From: Andalucia godoyi And28
Lineage: Eukaryota > Protista > Jakobida
Assembly: GCA_009859145.1 (NCBI GenBank)
Contig: VRVR01000032.1
Span: 90,854-154,853 of the forward strand
Reading direction: 5' to 3'
DNA: 64,000 nucleotides
Shown here: positions 9,688-19,359 of the stretch, one piece after another
How positions within the stretch are numbered: the stretch's first letter is position 1
Layout of the letters: every line of letters begins with the position of its first letter
Translations under genes and position numbers: made by a program
Notes under the pieces: model-generated
Seen by the model: only the letters and a program-made list of their open reading frames with translations
The model's database searches: none
Told to the model about the DNA's origin: nothing

Positions 9688-12600
9688 TCAAGAATGGTAC
9701 TTTCTTTTGGATTTCCGGGCCTGCAAGGAAGCAATCTGTAGCGTCATGGATTGAATGATTTGTTCGGATCGGAGATTGGACTCCTGGAGATGGATATACT
9801 CGTTTTCTAAATACGAGATTTGGGAGTCTCGAGTTTCGATTTCACGGGCAGCGCGTAGCAGCTTTGTTCGAAGTTGCTTATTCTCCTGGACGACAACGTT
9901 GTGGTTCTTCTGGATCGCGATGATCTGGTGAGAAAGGTCCTCCACGTCACGGTAGTGATTCGACGCCATCGGTGGTTGCACAGCCGTTGCAGAAATCCCG
10001 TACACTTTGGTGACCCGCGCAGAAGACGGCCGTGACTTTGTGCCATTGGAATGCGACGTTCCTGGGCGCGCAGAAGTCGGTCGGCTGCTGCCATGCGGAG
10101 ACGGTTTCGGGTGCTCATCTCCATTCGAAAACTCGTCTTCCTGGGCCATCCTCGTGCCCCATGTCGATGTCTCCACAAACGGTCGCGCTACTTCCGCAGT
10201 TCCAATGCGCGGAGAGTTTGGATACTGCGAAGGCGAGCTCGGCGCACGCGAGCCGGGACGGTTGCCGGTGGATGATCGTCGGCCGGATGACACAGGGGGG
10301 CGTGGAGCAGAGGGAGCACGTGGAGTCTGCGGATCAGCAACATGCTCTGCTCGCTCGCGCAATGCAATGTCAAACAACACATCATCCACTGCATCCGTTT
10401 CCGTCCACGCATCACTACGCGAAATCTGAATGAAAGAGACATGGGGCTGGGGCTGGGGCTGGGGCTGGGCTCCGATCTCTGGCTCCCGGTCAGAGAGATC
10501 GAGCACTGGGGCCCATTTGCGCAAGGAGTCTCGGTAAATTTGCCACTTGCTTCGCTCCTGAGATGAGAGGACGTCATCTTCGTCAAGAGACGGAATCTCT
10601 CCAAGGTCGCGAAGAGATTTGCTAAATCGCAACGACACGCCATCCGGGAGAAGACATTCCAGATAGACGGTGTCGTGTGCCACAGTGATGGAGCACGTTG
10701 ACGGCGATATGCCATCCAGAAGGACAGACGCATTCACAGAACCGCGACGAGGACAGAGGGTTCGTACTTGTCTTGCGGTCTGATTGCGAATATCTACAAG
10801 AGAGATGATAATCTCCAAGAAACTATCACCAGTTACCGGATCATCCAAGTTGAGATTAGAGTCTCGAATCTTGAGAATGTGAAGCGGAACTAGCAGGCGA
10901 GACGGGAAACGCTGCACGTTTTTGGATGTCGCCGACGATTCAGCATTTGCATCCTGAGAAGAACGGAGGAGAGGCTGCGCTTCTGCAAATAAAGCGCCAT
11001 TTCGTTCTGCAAAATTATGCACGAGAACACAAGTATCCGGAGCAAATCTTCCTTCTGGAGCGGAATAGGTGGCAAGCAGATACCCAAGCAGGCGGACAGG
11101 ATAGGAGATGATACAAAGCAGGGATCCATCCCGCGAACAAGACGCAGCCAAAAACTGTTGTTTCGGGAGGGACATTTCTGGTACGGAGACCTTGGTGTGC
11201 TCTCCAGACACAAGGTTGATAAGCAAGGGCTGGAGAGGATCTTCGGCGAGTGCGAGCACTTTCTGGGAGAATGAACCTGGCTCGACTTCTGTGTCCGCGA
11301 TTGAGGAAACCCAGGTCAGTTTCAAGTCTCGCAAACTCGCTTCCGTAGCACTGCTGGGCACGACTGCTTGGCGGTCTGCGGATTGGCCTTGGGATTGGCT
11401 TTGCGGGTCTTCTTGCTGCGAGGTGTTTTCGTGTTCGTCGACTACCTGTGTCTCAGCATCTCGTGTAGCCTTGCAGTTCTCCTGCAACTCCTTGCGAGCC
11501 TGCTCCAAAGCATCGAACTTTGCCTGCACAAGGCCATTCATTCCCGCACCAGTCCTTACTACAAACTCGGCCGCTTCGTTGAATGGCTGATCGTCGGTTG
11601 CAAAGGAATACCCTGCAGACGTCAACGCCTTGTGAACCAACGCAGCATCTCCAAATGAAATTCGAAATGCTTCTCTCCTCTGGAAAGAACCCGATGCCAA
11701 TCCCACGGCTGTGATCCACGACCCAAGATGATATGATACGTAATTCGACTCCAACAAACGACGCATCAGGAAGCACCATTGGTCATGATAGGTGCACCAC
11801 AAAGGCAGCGCAAACTGCTGCCCCCATTCCATGAGCAACTTCATGTCAAAGAGCTGGGGCGGCCACTCGGCATCCAGGGGAGGCATTCCAGCCAACGAAA
11901 ACTCGCCCATTTCGTAGGTCCTGAAAGGTCCCTTCGAAAAATTCCGCACCCGCGTGAAGACAAAGTCTCCAGTAAAAATATCCATGGGATTTTCGGCATG
12001 TGTACATAAGAGGCAAGGGAAAATTGGTTTCGATCGATGATCTGGCGAGAAAGAATTGAGAAACACAAGCAGCTGGTAGTTGGAGAGGAGTCCCAGTGAC
12101 CATTGCGTGCGCACTTCTTCTAGGGTCTTTTGGTTTGCCACGAGCGTCATCTCATCCTGCTTTCCATCTGGACTCGTTGCGCCGCCCATTTTGACTTCCA
12201 TAACAGTTTCGCCGTAATCATGCACAAACGTCACAATAATCGTAGGAGGAATAACCTTTCGAATCAGTCTTGCTGGGGCGGTTGCGGCAGGCTCCGCAAC
12301 AGCAGCCGGTTTTGATTCAGCAGGCTGACCGTCAGTGTTCTCCACGATGGGCTGTGTGGAGTCATCCGGCCGCGCCGTCGCAGGTTTGTCACCAACAGAT
12401 CCCACACCACCATCACCCGCACTGGGACTCGAATCCGATTTGCGACATTCTTGCTCGGAAGTCGTAGACTGCGCTGCCGCAGGAGTGCCCTCATTCGTTG
12501 CTGAGATGGTTTCCACCGCTGCAGGCTCCGTGGCCGGATTGTGATCCTTGTCCACCGCAACGTCTGGTTTGAATTCCGCTGGCTTTGCTTCTGGTTTTGG

Positions 12601-13332
12601 CTCTTCTGGGCGAAGCTTGGCAGCTTGCATGATCATCTTGTACGCGGACTCCGCGTCTTGTGCAGAAGGCAGGCTGAATGTAACCTTTTGTGGAACAAAG
12701 TGGTAACCAGCGCCACCTCTTCGCTCGGACAGTGTAGCCACAATGACCTTGCCATCGGCTCCGTCTCGCTCAAATACGACACCATCCGGTCCAATGGGGA
12801 TTTCCATGTCCATTGGGTCTGGAATCACCAACGGCGACGAGGCCAGCCGAACCTTGCAGCTTTCCGGAGAAATGATGAACATTCCAGGCAGTGCAGCAAC
12901 CTTTTCATTCGCAGAAACAAATGCACATGGCAGCGGAATCGGCGAAGTAGAGGAAGAAGACACAATTTCAGCAGCCCGCATTTCCAAAAATTGTTGCATC
13001 GTCGGCGGCGTCGAGCCATGAGTTTTTGAAGGTTTCCCCGGCGAAAACTGTGCGAAAAAGGACTGATGCTTTATCAACACCGTCAAAACATCCTTGCTGA
13101 ATTTGAAAAATGTATTACTTCCAACAGCCAACTTTTCCGTCTTGGAATCAATTTCAAAGACCCATTTCTTGTTTGCAGACTTGTCCAGGCTCCATGTGAT
13201 AAGCGGTAGCGGTTCAACAAGATGGGAATGGATCGAAAACAAGACACGACCGTCCGAAATCAGCGACAAATAACCTGCATCTTTCCCGTTCAGGTACGCA
13301 GGAACACTCAACACTAGATCAGCGATCACCAT
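9688..13332 (-). CDS. 1214-aa protein with PH-like and degenerate BEACH domains and a C-terminal coiled coil
   Basis: WSLGLLSNYQLLVFLN...PIFPCLL and RRLLESNYVSYHLGSWI match BEACH motifs (ISNFEYLMxLN, PVFPW, ALESxYVSxHLHxWI). Followed by an S/R/P-rich region and a terminal coiled coil. Confidence 0.65.
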   Translation of the reverse strand: MVIADLVLSVPAYLNGKDAGYLSLISDGRVLFSIHSHLVEPLPLITWSLDKSANKKWVFEIDSKTEKLAVGSNTFFKFSKDVLTVLIKHQSFFAQFSPGKPSKTHGSTPPTMQQFLEMRAAEIVSSSSTSPIPLPCAFVSANEKVAALPGMFIISPESCKVRLASSPLVIPDPMDMEIPIGPDGVVFERDGADGKVIVATLSERRGGAGYHFVPQKVTFSLPSAQDAESAYKMIMQAAKLRPEEPKPEAKPAEFKPDVAVDKDHNPATEPAAVETISATNEGTPAAAQSTTSEQECRKSDSSPSAGDGGVGSVGDKPATARPDDSTQPIVENTDGQPAESKPAAVAEPAATAPARLIRKVIPPTIIVTFVHDYGETVMEVKMGGATSPDGKQDEMTLVANQKTLEEVRTQWSLGLLSNYQLLVFLNSFSPDHRSKPIFPCLLCTHAENPMDIFTGDFVFTRVRNFSKGPFRTYEMGEFSLAGMPPLDAEWPPQLFDMKLLMEWGQQFALPLWCTYHDQWCFLMRRLLESNYVSYHLGSWITAVGLASGSFQRREAFRISFGDAALVHKALTSAGYSFATDDQPFNEAAEFVVRTGAGMNGLVQAKFDALEQARKELQENCKATRDAETQVVDEHENTSQQEDPQSQSQGQSADRQAVVPSSATEASLRDLKLTWVSSIADTEVEPGSFSQKVLALAEDPLQPLLINLVSGEHTKVSVPEMSLPKQQFLAASCSRDGSLLCIISYPVRLLGYLLATYSAPEGRFAPDTCVLVHNFAERNGALFAEAQPLLRSSQDANAESSATSKNVQRFPSRLLVPLHILKIRDSNLNLDDPVTGDSFLEIIISLVDIRNQTARQVRTLCPRRGSVNASVLLDGISPSTCSITVAHDTVYLECLLPDGVSLRFSKSLRDLGEIPSLDEDDVLSSQERSKWQIYRDSLRKWAPVLDLSDREPEIGAQPQPQPQPHVSFIQISRSDAWTETDAVDDVLFDIALRERAEHVADPQTPRAPSAPRPPVSSGRRSSTGNRPGSRAPSSPSQYPNSPRIGTAEVARPFVETSTWGTRMAQEDEFSNGDEHPKPSPHGSSRPTSARPGTSHSNGTKSRPSSARVTKVYGISATAVQPPMASNHYRDVEDLSHQIIAIQKNHNVVVQENKQLRTKLLRAAREIETRDSQISYLENEYIHLQESNLRSEQIIQSMTLQIASLQARKSKRKYHS

Positions 13333-13376
13333 GCATGCATATCAAACGCGCGACTCTTCTTGACACTCACTCACTC

Positions 13377-13406
13377 ACTCACACACACACACACACACAC
13401 ACACAC
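13377..13406 (+). repeat. (CA)n microsatellite
   Basis: Direct run of ac/ca units upstream of the 13332 ATG. Confidence 0.9.
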
Positions 13407-14020
13407 AAATAAATAAATAAATAGACAGACAGATAGACAGGAAGAAAAGAAAGAAAAAGAGAGAAAGAGAGAGAGTGTGTGTGAGAGAGAGACAATTCCT
13501 GTTTGTCGTCGCGTTGAATTGAATAGAGCTGGACTAAGTTGTGCAACAATGGCGGTAAATAACAGGCGGAATTCTAATACTAGAAAGATTATAATATAAC
13601 TCAGAAGGGCAAAAGAAATAAAAAACAAATGATGAAAAACAACGAAAAAGTTTTGCTATGAAAATCAAGAAACACTAGTATTTTTGCTGTTTAGATCTTT
13701 TAAAAACTTTTTCTTCTCTTCCGAGGTGACGGTGAGAAATGAAAAGGAAAAGCGCGTGAGGCCTTCTCTCTGAGTTTCCCGGGGTTTCCCCCAAATCCCA
13801 ACTGCCCAGAGTTTTCCGTCCGACTCTGCCCGACTCCTTTTCCCCCACCGATCGACTGATCGTTTGGTTTCTCCCGGTTTACGACTGCTGAGAAGCGTTG
13901 ACGATTATTGGCTGTATGAGATGTTAATAATTATCTAGAGGAAAAAAAAAACAGAAAGAATTTTCATGGGACTTGGGAGTTGGAAAGGATGGGGCGTGCT
14001 CTTGTTTTATTGCGCTTGCT

Positions 14021-15205
14021 TTAGAGGATGCCTGGGATAAAAACCTTTGGAACGCGCTTGCAGTACTTTTCCCAGTCTTTGCCGTACTTTTCTGCGCACT
14101 TCCTGTCGTCGCGCTGTGCACGGTCAATCAGCAGGGCAGTCAAGTACATTGGGTACAGGTAGGCAAAAAAGCCAGCATCCATGCACGGCATCGAATACGC
14201 AATTCCCATCAGAATGTCTCCCGTATAATTTGCATGTCTTGCAAGCCCCCACCATCCAGAGAGGAGCAGCTTTGTTCCGCGCTCTGTCGGCATCGAGACT
14301 GCTGGCTTTCCCCAAATCTTGCAACTTGTATTGAACTTGAATGCAGCCTTCTGGGCATTTGCACCGCGGAAAATGGTATATCCGAGCAACCAGAGACACA
14401 GCGCACCAACAAGATAAAACTTCATAAACTGCGATGATTCCGCTGCAGCCACGGAAGGGTAGTCGACGAGGTACCAAGACTGAAGAGAAAAGCAGAACGT
14501 GATGAACACATAGTCTCCCCAAACGAGCATGAATCCAAAGTTCTCTGCAATGATGTCCCACGTTGAAATCATGAGTGGCTCGTGCCAAAAGTAGTCAAAC
14601 ACGTACAGGAAGGACATGAGCTGATAAGCGGCCATGTTCCACGAGACTGCTCCATGCTGCGCAACCTGCGTAAACAGCAGCGAGAGATTCACCATCGTCC
14701 AGCCGGCCATTGCAGGTCGATAGGCAAAAAACTTGGTGTCGAATCCAAGAATGTGCGGGTTCAGCTCCACACCCATCCAGAAATCCTTGATAGGGTTTCC
14801 TGAATAGTGCGGCTTCATGTTCTTCTCTGGCGCAACCTTGCCCTTCACGTACAAGACAAAGGAGAGAAGGAACGCCCAAGCATTCACAAACCATGCCAGT
14901 CCCACAATATGGTCGTAGATCAGCGAACCTGGAAATAGACCATGGTACGCACCGAGAATGTACGAAACACACACGACAACATACAGCAACAAGCCATTGC
15001 ACTTGTACTGCAGGCGATACGGCTTATTTTTTGCATCCCTGATCTCGGTGCCATCATACACGCGACCCGGAAGAATCTTTGAACCAAGTGCCATGTAGCC
15101 CAAGAACGAACCAAACAAAACACCGCCAAACAAGAACTCGGAAACCGTCGGAAACGGCACATTCACGACTGTATTCATCACGTTTTGCAACACTGCAGTC
15201 GCCAT
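14021..15205 (-). CDS. ERG24: Delta14-sterol reductase (ERG24/FACKEL/TM7SF2; ERG4/ERG24 family)
   Basis: DFWMGVELNP, DYFWHEPLMISTWDIIAENFGFMLVWGD, LLLSGWWGLARHANYTGD, RDDRKCAEKYG. Likely start ATG 15205 (MATAVLQ). Confidence 0.88.
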   Translation of the reverse strand: MATAVLQNVMNTVVNVPFPTVSEFLFGGVLFGSFLGYMALGSKILPGRVYDGTEIRDAKNKPYRLQYKCNGLLLYVVVCVSYILGAYHGLFPGSLIYDHIVGLAWFVNAWAFLLSFVLYVKGKVAPEKNMKPHYSGNPIKDFWMGVELNPHILGFDTKFFAYRPAMAGWTMVNLSLLFTQVAQHGAVSWNMAAYQLMSFLYVFDYFWHEPLMISTWDIIAENFGFMLVWGDYVFITFCFSLQSWYLVDYPSVAAAESSQFMKFYLVGALCLWLLGYTIFRGANAQKAAFKFNTSCKIWGKPAVSMPTERGTKLLLSGWWGLARHANYTGDILMGIAYSMPCMDAGFFAYLYPMYLTALLIDRAQRDDRKCAEKYGKDWEKYCKRVPKVFIPGIL

Positions 15206-15991
15206 GTTTCCTGGATCTTCCTTTCTTTTTCTTTTTCCTTTGTTTTTTTTCTTAAAATGAAAAATAAACACGCGAGAGAGGGATGATCTCAAAAATGCAG
15301 CAACAAATTATCGAGACACGTGAACAACAAAGGAACTGGAAAGGAGGAAACCAAAAGGGTGAGAAAACATTGCAGTTTCGTGCTCGCTTGTTTCGTGCAG
15401 AAACGACTCATGTTCGGAATGTCGGATCGAGAGGAAGCCGAAAGCGCCACTTATTGCGGTATGATGAAGCAATCTAAAGCGCACGTAGACAGAACCACTG
15501 CCACGCACCGTGCGCATGCGTTGGTTATCACAGCGAGCAGAGTCTACGGTTCGTGGAGCGAAGCGGAACAACCGTAGTCATGCGAAGCGACTTCTTTCCT
15601 CCTAGCCGCAGTTTGGTGTAACACGACAAAAAAACGGACTTTTGCCGCCTTGCACGGAATGATTTTTTTGTTTCAAGGAGTGATCTTCATGTCAAAACAT
15701 GCCAAAAAAAATTAGGTTTTAGTGATTAAAATTCTGGGCTCTAGGGCCGCCTACACCATGAATTGCACATATAAAATCACGTTTTTTGCAACTTTTCCAA
15801 GACTACGGCAGATGCGACCGATGGCAGCAACGATTTGTTGAAGGAGGAGGTTAACAGATGCGATCCACAACGCGAAATCCAACCCTTCAAGAATTCCGTT
15901 GGTGTTACAAACTACAGTGTCCCCGTCTAATGAAGATATCGGCAGACATTGCGCGAATAAGTCTTCATCCAAGGAGGCAATGATGTTTTAA

Positions 15992-16165
15992 AATAAAACA
16001 AGAACGGCAAGATGTGAAATCACTGTGTTTAAAGATGGCAAGGCTACAATGTCAAAGCGGCCGCGTTCGGGAAGGCTCTGCAGACTGACTGAAAAGGCCG
16101 AAGCGATTGTTCGTGAAAACTCCACACTGTATTTCGATGAAAAAAGAAGTCGCGCCAAGCTGTGA
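15992..16165 (+). pseudogene. Possible Tc1/IS630-mariner transposase HTH remnant
   Basis: Stop-bounded frame encodes TVFKDGKATMSKRPRSGRLCRLTEKAEAIVRENSTLYFDEKRSRAKL*, resembling the RF..G....RPRSGRPRKLT and ENPxLYLDE segments of Tc1/IS630 N-termini. No DDE domain or TIR found. Confidence 0.35.
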
Positions 16166-16332
16166 TTCTCAATTGAACTGCCCGGCGTAAAACCTCCTCA
16201 GAATCGGTCGGTTCAATTCCCTTAGAACCTTGTCTTGACAACTCCGTCACACGATGCACGATTCGTTTCGCCCCATTTTGATCATGAAATCTCTACATAA
16301 ATGCGCCACAGCGTTGCATTATGCATGTTGTT

Positions 16333-16398
16333 GGGTTGCAACATTGATTATGGGTGATCAGCGATGATTACCCGTGGTTAGTGTACAACGTAGGCGAA
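16333..16398 (+). ncRNA. Divergent omegaRNA-like right-end module (third Fanzor-type terminus)
   Basis: GGGTTGCAA overlapping the first base of a 20-bp stem (16341-16360 / 16365-16384; 14 Watson-Crick, 6 G-U, no mismatch; GCGA GNRA loop), then ACAACGTAGGCGAA. Flanking motifs and register match 9438-9503 (GGGATGCAA...ATAATGTAGGCGAA). Confidence 0.6.
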
Positions 16399-16575
16399 AG
16401 CGCCGCCCCGAACTTGGAACTTGGAAAGATGTCGCGGGTGTGGCATTTTAGACCTGTGATGCACTGCGGGGCACTCGTATCTTGCAAGTTGGAAGTTGCG
16501 AGTTGGGAGTCGATTGAGTGGAGTGCATGCACAGCAAGACATATTTTCTATAAAGTTAAATGTTTTCTTTTATGA

Positions 16576-17814
16576 TTACAGATATTGGTCTTCTTGATGG
16601 TAGAACTCGGTGAGCAGTCTATAGATGTACGAGGGCGAAATGCAGTCTTGGTTGGTGACGAACAGAGTGACGAGGTTTGGGGGGACATAGTCGCATCTGG
16701 GATGGTAGACTTGGACGTCTTCCGATGCGCCACCCAAGAACTCGGGTCCCGTGAGCGCTGGGTTTTCCAATTCGTTGAATGTGTCCTGGTCCACTGGATA
16801 GTCTGGACAGAGCTTGTACATGGCTGTGCAGACGACGAACGGAACCGAATGATACTTTGCGGCGAGTGCTGCGAGATGGGATCCTTGGTTCGCAAGGACC
16901 CCGCCATTCGCCATGACCGCATGGGCACCGACAACAACCTTGTGAACCCGTGTCATGAGCGGGAATATGCATGCGGGCGATATGAGAGTGGTCGCAATCT
17001 TGAGAGACGCGAGGTTTTTGGCAAGCACCTTGGATGTGCAAATGACTGAGAAATCGCGCTTGGACTCTGCAGCACCGCGGAGCAATGCCTCGCACGACAA
17101 AGAGTCTCCTAGAGTCAGCACGACATCGCCGTTCGAGATAAAGTCCGGTCCATGCTTTGCAATGTCGGACTGCAAATCCGAGAGTTCGTCAATGAGCTCA
17201 TTGATGGCTTCAATGACAGACGCTTTCACCTCCACTGCAGTAAACCTCGAAAGATCTCCCTCGGACTCTTCGACCTTGTGTATCATCATGGAATCTTCAA
17301 GAGAAAAGCTCGATGCAGTTCGCTTGAGCGATAGCGACCCCGTGCTCATTCCATTGCTTGCGCTATCCTCTGAAAATTGCACAACAGGCGGCGCATGTCT
17401 GCCCGACCCGTCCGAGGAGCTTGACGAGGCTGTTCGGAAAAGCGGTCCGGTGGATGAGAATGCATCCGCTCCCGACGACAATGGAGTTGTTGCTGCTGCT
17501 GTTGCACTATTACTACTGCTGCTAGTGGTGGAATTGACCAGTCCGGAGGCCTTCGCAGACGCATCTTCTCGAATGAAGAACAGCACTCTGCGCACAATAT
17601 TCGAAATGGCAACTTCCAAAGGCGCCGCAACTTGCAGCTGCTTTCCTACTTTCCGCACATTCTTGATCAATTCGGCGACCGACTGCCCCTTCTTTGCCTT
17701 GGAGACCACAAGTCGCAGAACTTCGGCCGTGTGCTTGGACACCCCAAACGAACCCACAATCTCACGACGCGCAAGCTGTGCGCGAAAGATCGACACCACA
17801 GCCTGTAAATCCAT
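16576..17814 (-). CDS. EIF2B2: Translation initiation factor eIF2B beta subunit
   Basis: AAPLEVAISNIVRRVLFFIRED, VIEAINELIDEL, KVVVGAHAVMANGG, CDYVPPNLVTLFVTN. Confidence 0.93.
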   Translation of the reverse strand: MDLQAVVSIFRAQLARREIVGSFGVSKHTAEVLRLVVSKAKKGQSVAELIKNVRKVGKQLQVAAPLEVAISNIVRRVLFFIREDASAKASGLVNSTTSSSSNSATAAATTPLSSGADAFSSTGPLFRTASSSSSDGSGRHAPPVVQFSEDSASNGMSTGSLSLKRTASSFSLEDSMMIHKVEESEGDLSRFTAVEVKASVIEAINELIDELSDLQSDIAKHGPDFISNGDVVLTLGDSLSCEALLRGAAESKRDFSVICTSKVLAKNLASLKIATTLISPACIFPLMTRVHKVVVGAHAVMANGGVLANQGSHLAALAAKYHSVPFVVCTAMYKLCPDYPVDQDTFNELENPALTGPEFLGGASEDVQVYHPRCDYVPPNLVTLFVTNQDCISPSYIYRLLTEFYHQEDQYL

Positions 17815-18377
17815 TTTCTTATTCGTTTGTTGTCGCTGCTGTGGCGTTTATGCCTCTCTGTCTGTACTCTTCCTGCGTATCCTGAATACCACACACAATT
17901 ACAATCTCTCAATCGCAAAAATCTGTTTATGCTGTCCTTTTTGTTGTTGCTGTTTTGTTCAAGACATTGATTTGCTTGTATTTTTGCATTTTCTCAACGC
18001 ACAAACTGTAGACAAACGCAGCCCCTTTCGGCGGTGGGGCCGGACACAATACAAAAATAATTTAGACACGCGTGTCAGTTGTCAGCTGTCACTCGCAAAA
18101 GTCGTGGAAAGGCTCTTTCCCCGCTTCATCATAAAACCATGAGGAAATGAGGGTTGTATGGTGGTGTCATTGTGTGTGTGAGTGAGTGTGTGTGTGTTGA
18201 TCGCATCAAAACCATCAACCAAAACAAAATTGACGACTCTTTTTTTGTCGCGCTGATTATAATTTTTTCCTCCGCTGAGTTTTTTCATTCGATTTGATCC
18301 GAGTTTTCTTTTGACTTGTCCAAGTCTTATGTATTAATTATTTATTTTTTTTGAGTATAGACACTTTTTTAATTAGA

Positions 18378-18941
18378 ATGCGGCTGTGGACTCGTGAGCA
18401 TGTGTATGATCATTCGTGGGATCTAGTGACGTTTGCACACTGGAACAAGTACCCACACTCAAAGTACTCACATGTGCTGGATGTTGCGGTGCTGGATCAG
18501 CATGTGGATGTGACTGCTGGCACGCTTCACACAACTCGGTTGTTTCAGTGCGAAGGAAACACTCCGTCGTTCATGAAGATCTTTATCGGGGGGTCGATGA
18601 ACCATGCGTACATGATTGAGAAGTCCGTTGTGAATGCACGTGATCGCAAGATGGTGCTCAAGGCTCACAACATCTCCTTTTCAAACTTTTTGGAAATCGT
18701 AGAGACTTGCACCTACAGTCCACATCCGGAAATCCAAGGGAAAACGCTGTTTGTACAAGAGGCCTGCATCAAGGCATATCTGCCAACTTCACTTCTCAAG
18801 GGAAAGGCAGAGGGGTGGGGCATCGCCAACTTCAACAAAAACTCTCCAAAGGGCGTCGAGGTCATCAACGAGCTTTGCAACAAGCTTGGAAAACAAGAGT
18901 CGCCACAACAGGAGATCGAGTTCCTCCAAGCCGCAGAGTAA
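18378..18941 (+). CDS. PRELI/MSF1 (Ups-family) mitochondrial intermembrane lipid-transfer protein
   Basis: EHVYDHSWDLVTFAHWNKYP...HVLDVAVL...LHTTRL, and EKSVVN...NISFSNFLEIVETCTYSPHPE. Confidence 0.9.
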   Translation: MRLWTREHVYDHSWDLVTFAHWNKYPHSKYSHVLDVAVLDQHVDVTAGTLHTTRLFQCEGNTPSFMKIFIGGSMNHAYMIEKSVVNARDRKMVLKAHNISFSNFLEIVETCTYSPHPEIQGKTLFVQEACIKAYLPTSLLKGKAEGWGIANFNKNSPKGVEVINELCNKLGKQESPQQEIEFLQAAE

Positions 18942-19359
18942 GACGGTGTGGCGTCCACAGAACGACTACCTCTTTCCCAGTTGATTGCTTGTGAGGCTGT
19001 TTCGTCCTTGTGTCTTGCCTTTTGTCTTCACTACCGTTGATTCCCATTGTTGTACATATGTAATTTCAAACTGTGCTGCGTGTGTGCTGTGTGTGCGATG
19101 CGTGGATCTGTTGAACCACCCAGCCACCATTCATTATTTTTTTTTTAATTAAAAAAGAAAAAGTGTGCATTTAAAAATCCGAAATTTGCATTTTATTATG
19201 ATGCTGCTTTTTTTTTTCTTTTTTTGAACGAGCGCAAAGGACACTGGACTGGACTGGCTGGACTGGACTGAGGCCAGAGGAGGTAGCGTCGATTGGTTGG
19301 CGCTTTCCGTGCACATGTCTGTGGTGGGCTTCCTTCGAGTCCCCGGTCTTCACGGACAA

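Noticed and set aside
13740-13920. C/T-rich structured-looking stretch considered as snRNA, RNase P/MRP or SRP RNA
   Set aside because: No diagnostic conserved boxes on either strand; most likely promoter or UTR.
15461-15560. ATGATGA box-C-like motif (possible C/D snoRNA)
   Set aside because: No properly placed CTGA box D or terminal stem.
16955-18142. 395-aa + strand ORF
   Set aside because: Antisense to eIF2B-beta; no independent motifs.
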